From Treponema sp. (GTDB lineage: Bacteria > Spirochaetota > Spirochaetia > Treponematales > Treponemataceae), in contig JBGVAV010000023.1 of NCBI GenBank assembly GCA_045224915.1, positions 16,431-80,430 on the forward strand: a stretch of DNA of 64,000 bases, given 5' to 3'. A model generated the notes under the pieces. The model made no database searches. It had not been told where the DNA came from and saw only the letters and a list, made by a program, of their open reading frames with translations. Every line of letters begins with the position of its first letter. The first letter of the stretch is position 1. The position numbers and the translations under genes are program-made. Shown piece by piece: positions 56,770-64,000 of the stretch.

Positions 56770-56870
56770 AGCAAAGTACCATTATAGCAAAAATCCCCCT
56801 TTTTTTTCTATATACAAATCATTTTTTGTCCATTATAATAGAAAAGACTCACTTATTTAGGAGATTCATT

Positions 56871-59800
56871 ATGAAAAAGAGAGGGATTTATTCATTCCTT
56901 GCAGCAGCTGCAGGGCTGTTGCTTATTTTTGGCTTTAGTTCGTGTACACGAGATGCTGCACAACAAGGAGAAGTTTGCTTTACAATTCCACAGGAAGTTT
57001 TTCAACAAATAGCAGCACGCGCAGTAACAGACGATAAGGAAATTGACAAAACATCAGAAGCAGAAATTCTTACTGTCCCTGATGACGACAATTTGACCTT
57101 TGAAATATCCCTCTGGGAAAAATCGGGAAAGAAAATCGATTCGCAATCGGCTTCAAAAACCTTCAAAAAATGGCTTGAGGCCTCGGCAAACAACGACATA
57201 AAATTTTCTTTCCAGAATATCACCGTTGGAAAAACAATTTATGCCACAGCATCTGCCACAGCCGTAATCAATAGCGAAACAAGAGAAATCTGCTCAAGCG
57301 TTTCTGATCCAGCTCTAATAACTCAGGGCACTAACTATATCCCTCTTGAACTCACCTTTACTGTTGTTGATAACAAAGATGATGACGATGATAATGACGG
57401 TGATGATGACAAAATAAAATTTGATATTACGATCAGCACAGATGCCGACTTAACAGACCAGAAAATCGGCGCAGTATCTCTTTTCTGTGTTGATGCAGAA
57501 TATGCAGATGAACAGAAGTTCTTTACAAAAAAATCAGAATCAAACACCCTCGAAATTTCAAATGAAAACTTTATAGAATTAATTAAAAATGCTGGAGACC
57601 TTATTGAAACATCTTCGGGAAAAAGTGTTTTCTCTCCTTCAGATACAACAACAATATTCTGTTCTCCACTTGCTGTACTTTATGCTGCCCGAGACACAGG
57701 TATTACCGATAACGGAAATGGAAAAATCTCTGTCAAATATTCAACAGATCCATACGATACAATTGAGGAAGACAAACCTGTTTACCTTATGGCTGTTGTA
57801 ACATATTCAGACACAGATCAAACTATTCTGCCAGAAGAAAATAATAATTTTATACAAACACAGCTGACTTCTTATTTGAGAGGTTATACAAAAGTAGAAA
57901 GTCTTTCTAAAAAGAATACAATTGACCTTTCAATTTCACAAACTGATATTCCTTGCCAAGTGACATTATTATATGACACAGATGACGAAAATGATCCGGG
58001 ATATATTACAACCTGCATAGATGTAAGTGTTGATAATGTAAATAAGATGGTAAAAGATAATTATCATGTTATTTCTTACGACCAGGTAAAAGCTTTCTTC
58101 CCTGATTTTGATTTTAGAAAATACAACTTCCCTGGTTTAGCCACAAGAGCAGAAAGTGCCGATGGAGCAAATTACGGTGCTTGTGGTTATGTTTGGTCAC
58201 AGTGCAGGCTTGAAGGGTACTCTATCTACAAAGACGGTTCTATACAAATCACAACACCAGAAGGTCTTGTAGACATTACCGCAACTCCTTCAGAAGACTT
58301 CTATTTGAACTATGGTACTGTTACCTTCAAAGCCGTTACAAACCCAGACAATGCAGACGTTACAAACGATATTACCTGGAACGCAAAACTCAGCTACGGT
58401 GGCGTTGACATTAACAGCTACGGCGTTGACTATTATGAATTAGACACTGCCTCAAATTCTGTAAAAATCAAAAACAAACTCGTAACCGCCGGCACCTACC
58501 AGCTTTTCGTTTCTGCCACCTACGAAGGATTCACAAGCAGTCAGACGATTGATGTTGAGGTAAAGGATGAAGAACATTATGAGTACGACATAAACGCTGA
58601 TAATTTTGAACAATTGTTTGGTGTTTATAATTATGATAATAGCGAGGTTGTCTTAGGCTCAGATATACAAAACCTTTCTGCAAAAACAGTAATTGTACTT
58701 TCAGGTGCAGCTCCTACAGATGACCCTCAACTCAAAATGAGAAGTATAGTAGAAGTTCTTCATCTAATTACACAGGAACTTGAAGTTGATATGTCTGGTA
58801 TTACCGGTGCAACAGAATTGTACGATGGCGATTCTTTCTATGCACAGAACCTTACTTCTATTATCCTGCCACAAGACTTTACAAGAATCAGCACTGATTG
58901 TTTTAGCGCTGGTATGGCTTGTACAAATCTTAAATCTATAACAATGCCTTCTTCTATTTCGGTAATAATTTCAGGAGCCTTCGCGCAATGTGATTCTCTT
59001 GAAGAAATAATAATTCAGGGACAAACTTCGGGATCTAAATACACTGTAGATTCTAACGGCTGTTTAATCGAAACAGATGGAACTGATAAAACTCTTATGT
59101 TTGTTCCGCTAACTTATAAAAACTCCGTAACTTCAATTGACTTTTCTACAGACTTCTCTGGAGTAACAACGATTGGAACATACGCTTTTAAAGAAGCACA
59201 AATGCTTGAATCAGTTGACCTTACGGGAGTTACAAATGTTGAATCTTACGCTTTCTATGAGTGTCCTAATCTTAATTCGCTTTCACATTATGATGATTTA
59301 CGTAATATAGGTTATAAAGGATTCTACAGATCTCGAAACCCTAACTTTGCTGAAATAACACTCAAATCAGATCAACTTATAATTGAAGACATGGGTCTAT
59401 CTGCAACAACAGTAATCGTAGATTTTGATATTACAGAAGAAAATACAGCAACAATTAGAGATAACATCTTTGCTAACATAGACTTCGCATCACATCTTGT
59501 ATTAAATGGAAAGGTTTATTTACCAGATTTGGATACACCAAATTCTCTTTCAAGTGCCCATCCAAATGCAACATTTAAGAATTTCTCATCAGTAGTAACT
59601 ATCACATTTAATACTACAGAAAACTTTAGAATTGGTAATTATCAATTTATGAAATTTGGAAATGCTGCTAGCGGGCTTACAAGTGTTATAACTCCGAATG
59701 GAAAAATTTCTGAAATTGGAGATTATGCTTTCTACAATTGTCCAAAACTAAGCAGCATAGATTTCTCAGCTTGTACTAAGATTGGTGAGTCCGCCTTCTA

Positions 59801-60698
59801 CCAATGTTTATTACTAAACGATAATACAACAAATGATACAGATGGTTTTGTAATGCTTGATCTGTCAAATGTTCAAACCATAGGCAAGATGGCATTCTAT
59901 AATTCTAGTGATAATGCTAATCTTCAATATCATTCTGTTGTAACAAAATTAGATCTTAGCGGTGCAACTTCAATAGGTGAACAGGCATTCTATAACTGTA
60001 TAGCTCTAAATACAATAACAGGATTTGGTGATAACTGTGAAATTGGTATAAGCGCTTTTGCAAAAACGATTACTAATAATAATGTCGGTCTTCAGACAAT
60101 TGGCACAACTGTAGGAACAGCAAGATTTACAAATGTAAAACAAATTGGAAGCAGCGCTTTCAACGGCAGTAAATTTACAACAGTTGATTGCAGCAACAAC
60201 ACAAATTTAATATCGATTGACGGTAACGCATTCAATGCCAGTACAAGTATTACCTCTGTTAATTTGTCTGGTTGTGGTTATGTCACAATTGAAAGTTCTG
60301 CATTTACATCTAGCCCTGTTACTACTCTGACACTGGGAAAATCTATAATAATCCAGTCAAACGCATTTCATAGTTCTAACATAGGATCACTTACAATCCC
60401 GGCAAATACTACCTTTATTAATGTAAAGTCTGGAGGTTTAGGTTCTTCAACACCTGATATTTCTTTCGAAGATATGCCGACAGGAAAAACAGGAACCTGG
60501 TATACATTTACAAATGCTGCTATTTGGAACGATATATATCAAAATAAAAAGACATCATTCACAGATGAAGACATTAATACGTATAGCAACTCTGGGTCAA
60601 TAACAGCAGTAACCGACACCGATGAGATTAAAAACTATATTCTCTCACCAGGTTCCGAAAGTAAATATTACCTCCGCGTAATCAAGGACAGTAACTAA
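56871..60698 (+). CDS. BspA-type leucine-rich-repeat (LRR_5) surface lipoprotein
   Basis: Lipobox FSSC; repeats IGTYAF, IGDYAFYNCPKLSSI, IGESAF, IGEQAFYNC, IGSSAF; SD AGGAGA. Confidence 0.88.
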   Translation: MKKRGIYSFLAAAAGLLLIFGFSSCTRDAAQQGEVCFTIPQEVFQQIAARAVTDDKEIDKTSEAEILTVPDDDNLTFEISLWEKSGKKIDSQSASKTFKKWLEASANNDIKFSFQNITVGKTIYATASATAVINSETREICSSVSDPALITQGTNYIPLELTFTVVDNKDDDDDNDGDDDKIKFDITISTDADLTDQKIGAVSLFCVDAEYADEQKFFTKKSESNTLEISNENFIELIKNAGDLIETSSGKSVFSPSDTTTIFCSPLAVLYAARDTGITDNGNGKISVKYSTDPYDTIEEDKPVYLMAVVTYSDTDQTILPEENNNFIQTQLTSYLRGYTKVESLSKKNTIDLSISQTDIPCQVTLLYDTDDENDPGYITTCIDVSVDNVNKMVKDNYHVISYDQVKAFFPDFDFRKYNFPGLATRAESADGANYGACGYVWSQCRLEGYSIYKDGSIQITTPEGLVDITATPSEDFYLNYGTVTFKAVTNPDNADVTNDITWNAKLSYGGVDINSYGVDYYELDTASNSVKIKNKLVTAGTYQLFVSATYEGFTSSQTIDVEVKDEEHYEYDINADNFEQLFGVYNYDNSEVVLGSDIQNLSAKTVIVLSGAAPTDDPQLKMRSIVEVLHLITQELEVDMSGITGATELYDGDSFYAQNLTSIILPQDFTRISTDCFSAGMACTNLKSITMPSSISVIISGAFAQCDSLEEIIIQGQTSGSKYTVDSNGCLIETDGTDKTLMFVPLTYKNSVTSIDFSTDFSGVTTIGTYAFKEAQMLESVDLTGVTNVESYAFYECPNLNSLSHYDDLRNIGYKGFYRSRNPNFAEITLKSDQLIIEDMGLSATTVIVDFDITEENTATIRDNIFANIDFASHLVLNGKVYLPDLDTPNSLSSAHPNATFKNFSSVVTITFNTTENFRIGNYQFMKFGNAASGLTSVITPNGKISEIGDYAFYNCPKLSSIDFSACTKIGESAFYQCLLLNDNTTNDTDGFVMLDLSNVQTIGKMAFYNSSDNANLQYHSVVTKLDLSGATSIGEQAFYNCIALNTITGFGDNCEIGISAFAKTITNNNVGLQTIGTTVGTARFTNVKQIGSSAFNGSKFTTVDCSNNTNLISIDGNAFNASTSITSVNLSGCGYVTIESSAFTSSPVTTLTLGKSIIIQSNAFHSSNIGSLTIPANTTFINVKSGGLGSSTPDISFEDMPTGKTGTWYTFTNAAIWNDIYQNKKTSFTDEDINTYSNSGSITAVTDTDEIKNYILSPGSESKYYLRVIKDSN

Positions 60699-60722
60699 CA
60701 AGAAGGACAAAGGAGAAACATT

Positions 60723-62873
60723 ATGAAAACAAAGATAACCAAACTTTTTAGCATAGTAACAATAATCACACTACTTCTGGTTGCAACTGGATGTTCCGAC
60801 ATGAACAGTGCATCAAAAACCAAAAATACTGGTAGCGGATACACTTTGACAGGTTCAATCACCGTTAAAGGAGATACCGCTCGTACCGCAACAAGCAGCT
60901 TTTCGTTTATAAAAGCAAAACAATATTCTGTAACAGCTACATATGATGATTTTACTGTTAATGGAACTATATCTAATTCAGATGAAGGTGTTACATATAC
61001 TCTTAATCTTCCAGTAAAAGGAACCTGGACTATAACAGCAACACTCACAGTAAACAATAAGGTTTATGGTACAGGACAGACAACTGTGGCAATACCATTA
61101 GATCCACCAGATACTTCCTTTACAACAAACGATATACAGATTCAGCTCATCACAGATATGGATCCAACAAAACAGGGGGCCATCAAGCTTCCTATTTATA
61201 ATAATTCTTCAAAAAATTTAACAATCACATGGAAGTGGATTACTACAGCAAAAAATGGAAACACCCCTCTGAATGATCTCACTTTAAATGTTGCAAAAGA
61301 TGAAAACGGGACTTTCACTGTTGGTACAATCAATTGCGGATCTTATGAAGTACAACTTTTATTCAAAGATTCTACCGGCAAACTTGTTTACTCTTGTTAT
61401 GAAACAATAAATGTTTTTGCCGATTTTACAACAGATCTCTGGTATGGAGACAGTCCTTACATCGACTCTTCAAACAAGTTTGCATATACCGATGAAGTTG
61501 CAAAGACGTTTGCTGAAAGAGAAGAAATTTCAGAGGATTCACCACTTTATGTTTTATGGAGTTCTGTTCAAGAGGAAGAAGACTCTATTAATATGGTGCA
61601 GCCTATTCAAAACCAAGTTGGAGGTCAAGTTTTTGCATCCATACGAGACTGCATGTCTACAACAAGTGCTATACCAGCTGTTGGCCCAAACTATTGTTTT
61701 GCAGGAACAACACTTTACGCTCCACCATATAGATATACTTCATCATATGCAGGATATATAAAAGATTCGTCTTTTGACTTAACTGCTCTTCTTTATGAAA
61801 AGATGAATAATAATCCTTATTATATTAAATTTGGTAATGATTATGATTGTTTCTATTTGGATGGATATTTATATTTTAGTTTTGACGACGATGACTATGA
61901 TTATTATATTGGCCGTTATGACACCGTTAATGGTACTTTGGCAATTGTGAACACTTCATTTCCTGTCGTTTCAATAGCTGTAACACACAAAAAAAATGAT
62001 TCCGACAAAGATGTTTTATACTATGTAACTCTACAGGAGTCTTACGATCCAAAAAGCCAAACTACGACAACAAATTGTACATTACACCGCAAACCATTTT
62101 TTATCAATGAAAACACAATTTCATTTTATGACTCTGCAAACCTCTCTTCAACAGATATTCAACCTGCATCTATTAATATTAATTATCTCTGGACAATAAA
62201 TTATGCAATATTAAAGATAAGTGATTTGCAAATAGTTGATAATTATTTGTATGTACTTGCTTATACAGAAGGCATACCTGTAATAAAAGGTAATAAGTAT
62301 AGCACCGCAATTTATCAATACTATGATGTTGCAGGTAATGTTGTTTGTGATAGTTTTATTAGCAATGGTGGAATTTTGAAATTTGATATTACATCTACCT
62401 CTGAGTATTCTTTCTTACCATCCTCTTGGACCGATTCTACAACTCCTGGTATCGCAGATTATTTTTCTGGATTACATTTACTTTCAAACTCAACGACATA
62501 TTATAATGATGCCTCAGGCACCGATGAAGCAAGAGTAAATGGAGAATTCATTGGTATTGATATGGAAAATAATCAGTATACTTATGAAGCCTTTATTGCT
62601 GTTCAACCACCACTTGTTTCTAGCACCGCAAATTCAAGTTACTTATACGGCCCTCGAAAAATACTTGGTATAAACCCAACTAACAATCAACTTATAATTG
62701 TTGATGATGGCGGCTATGTTCAATTCAACGACGGTGAACCAAAACCTATGCCTGTAAACAGAATTGTAGCTGTAGATTTGACTGATGGTTCAATTGATTA
62801 CACAGTCGATGTAGGAGCAACATTCTCTTCAAGTTTTAATACCAGCGCTGGTTACTTTAAGGCTGTATATTAA
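60723..62873 (+). CDS. Surface lipoprotein, beta-rich (possible C-terminal beta-propeller)
   Basis: Lipobox ATGC; Thr-rich Ig-like N-half; C-terminal YGPRKILGI...LIIVDDG...NRIVAVDL. Confidence 0.75.
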   Translation: MKTKITKLFSIVTIITLLLVATGCSDMNSASKTKNTGSGYTLTGSITVKGDTARTATSSFSFIKAKQYSVTATYDDFTVNGTISNSDEGVTYTLNLPVKGTWTITATLTVNNKVYGTGQTTVAIPLDPPDTSFTTNDIQIQLITDMDPTKQGAIKLPIYNNSSKNLTITWKWITTAKNGNTPLNDLTLNVAKDENGTFTVGTINCGSYEVQLLFKDSTGKLVYSCYETINVFADFTTDLWYGDSPYIDSSNKFAYTDEVAKTFAEREEISEDSPLYVLWSSVQEEEDSINMVQPIQNQVGGQVFASIRDCMSTTSAIPAVGPNYCFAGTTLYAPPYRYTSSYAGYIKDSSFDLTALLYEKMNNNPYYIKFGNDYDCFYLDGYLYFSFDDDDYDYYIGRYDTVNGTLAIVNTSFPVVSIAVTHKKNDSDKDVLYYVTLQESYDPKSQTTTTNCTLHRKPFFINENTISFYDSANLSSTDIQPASININYLWTINYAILKISDLQIVDNYLYVLAYTEGIPVIKGNKYSTAIYQYYDVAGNVVCDSFISNGGILKFDITSTSEYSFLPSSWTDSTTPGIADYFSGLHLLSNSTTYYNDASGTDEARVNGEFIGIDMENNQYTYEAFIAVQPPLVSSTANSSYLYGPRKILGINPTNNQLIIVDDGGYVQFNDGEPKPMPVNRIVAVDLTDGSIDYTVDVGATFSSSFNTSAGYFKAVY

Positions 62874-62879
62874 TAGTTT

Positions 62880-63965
62880 TTACTTACCACCCTCGTCCTG
62901 GCACATAACCTTATAAATTCCCCGGGCGAAAGTAGCAGCGTACTTTTCGTTCTGGGGGCGGTTTATTAAAATTATGATTGTGGTTTTTGTGTCTGGGTGG
63001 TAGCTGCTGAAGGAATTGAAAACATTTGTGGCGCCGCCGTGAAAGATTTCGCCGTTCTGGACATAAAAACCGTAGCCGTAAGATTCGGAATCTATCATTT
63101 TTTTGTAGGTCTTTTTCTTTACAACTTTTCCGCGGATGAGGTTTTCATTCCATTTGTACAAATCTACAACACTTGAATTAACATCGCCGTAGCCTGTGGC
63201 AAATCCGTAGGGAATGCTGTAGTAGCGGTTTTTCCAGTCGTAACCGCGGGTGTCGGTTTTCTGAAACTCGATGTTTGTGTTGTTCATTTTGCAGGGAGTA
63301 AAAATGTATTTGTTCATGTACTGGGCAAACTCCATACCCGAAACCTGCTCAATGATTTTTGCAAGCAGATAGTAATTTGTATTGCAGTAAAAATATTCTG
63401 TTCCTGGTTTTATAAAAAGCGGAGCGTCATTCAAATATTTAAGGATAATTTCCTGCTCCACAGGCTCGTTACGCACAGTTGCATTTTCAATTTTGGCAGC
63501 GACCTTTGTTGGAAAAAATTCGTATGGTGCATTAAGACAATCAGTAAGGCCTGAGTGCATGTTCAAAAGCATTTCTACAGTAATGTCATCGCCATATTGG
63601 AAATCAGGAAACCAGCGCGAGATTTTATCATTTACATTAAGCTTCTTTTTTTCAACAAGCTGCATGATTGCGGCGGCTGTCATCTGTTTTGTAATGGAAC
63701 CAATTTCAAAAGTTGTGTTGATTTGAATCTGGTCAGAATCCGGATTTTTTCTGTCGCACAAGCCGTAGCCCTTTGCAAGAATGATGTCTTTGTTTTTAGA
63801 AATGAGCAGCGCACCGTCAAAGTTTTTTTCATCAAGATAAGCTTCGATTTTTTCAATTTCTTCGGAATAAGAGGGATTAATAATCTGGTCGCTGGCAAAT
63901 TGATTTTTAGTTGAACAGGCAAAAAAGAAAAGCGGGAAAACAATGAGCGCTACAGTTAGGCGCAT
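62880..63965 (-). CDS. Serine hydrolase, beta-lactamase/AmpC-like family lipoprotein
   Basis: Lipobox FFAC; FEIGSITK (SxxK), YCN, LLNMHSG, HGG. Confidence 0.88.
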   Translation of the reverse strand: MRLTVALIVFPLFFFACSTKNQFASDQIINPSYSEEIEKIEAYLDEKNFDGALLISKNKDIILAKGYGLCDRKNPDSDQIQINTTFEIGSITKQMTAAAIMQLVEKKKLNVNDKISRWFPDFQYGDDITVEMLLNMHSGLTDCLNAPYEFFPTKVAAKIENATVRNEPVEQEIILKYLNDAPLFIKPGTEYFYCNTNYYLLAKIIEQVSGMEFAQYMNKYIFTPCKMNNTNIEFQKTDTRGYDWKNRYYSIPYGFATGYGDVNSSVVDLYKWNENLIRGKVVKKKTYKKMIDSESYGYGFYVQNGEIFHGGATNVFNSFSSYHPDTKTTIIILINRPQNEKYAATFARGIYKVMCQDEGGK

Positions 63966-64000
63966 ATAACGGATTTTTATTTTTATTAGTTTGCCTGTCT

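Noticed and set aside
46190-62873. DGR, polymorphic toxin or mobile island explanation for the surface lipoproteins
   Set aside because: No reverse transcriptase, TR/VR pair, RHS core, integrase, transposase or att repeats seen in the window

Overview
Gene-dense chromosomal window, most likely from a rumen/gut Treponema. The basis is a periplasmic-flagellar flaB with a sigma28 promoter, the short ~600-aa AlaRS next to surA-like/nusB/TPR and an orphan groES, XPB helicase and BspA lipoproteins. It carries housekeeping genes (alaS, nusB, groES, pyrE, lspA, rsmE, trmJ-like, ctpA, mtnN-luxS) and a trimeric electron-bifurcating [FeFe]-hydrogenase operon. It also has an alpha-2-macroglobulin/PBP1C pair, a cobalamin/iron-type ABC transporter split by a 5-kb opposite-strand block, two PadR operons, GH43/CE2 xylan enzymes and AT-rich surface lipoprotein genes. 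I saw no transposase, integrase, CRISPR array, rRNA or tRNA. The most notable non-obvious signal is a set of short GTC-tagged palindromic elements with G.A-mismatch stems. They sit in the 5' leaders of the Fe-alcohol dehydrogenase and hydrogenase operons, directly after stop codons, and in-frame inside two unrelated proteins, where they encode PS(T/S)GSGTA/PELVEG linkers. A 135-bp hairpin of similar design lies upstream of flaB. Other leads are a histidine-phosphatase/TsaC fusion behind an XPB/partner pair, 7-5-7 operator arrays over identical promoters of both PadR operons, apparently frequent leaderless transcripts, and mosaic surface lipoprotein genes. All calls come from motif reading by eye; no searches were run.
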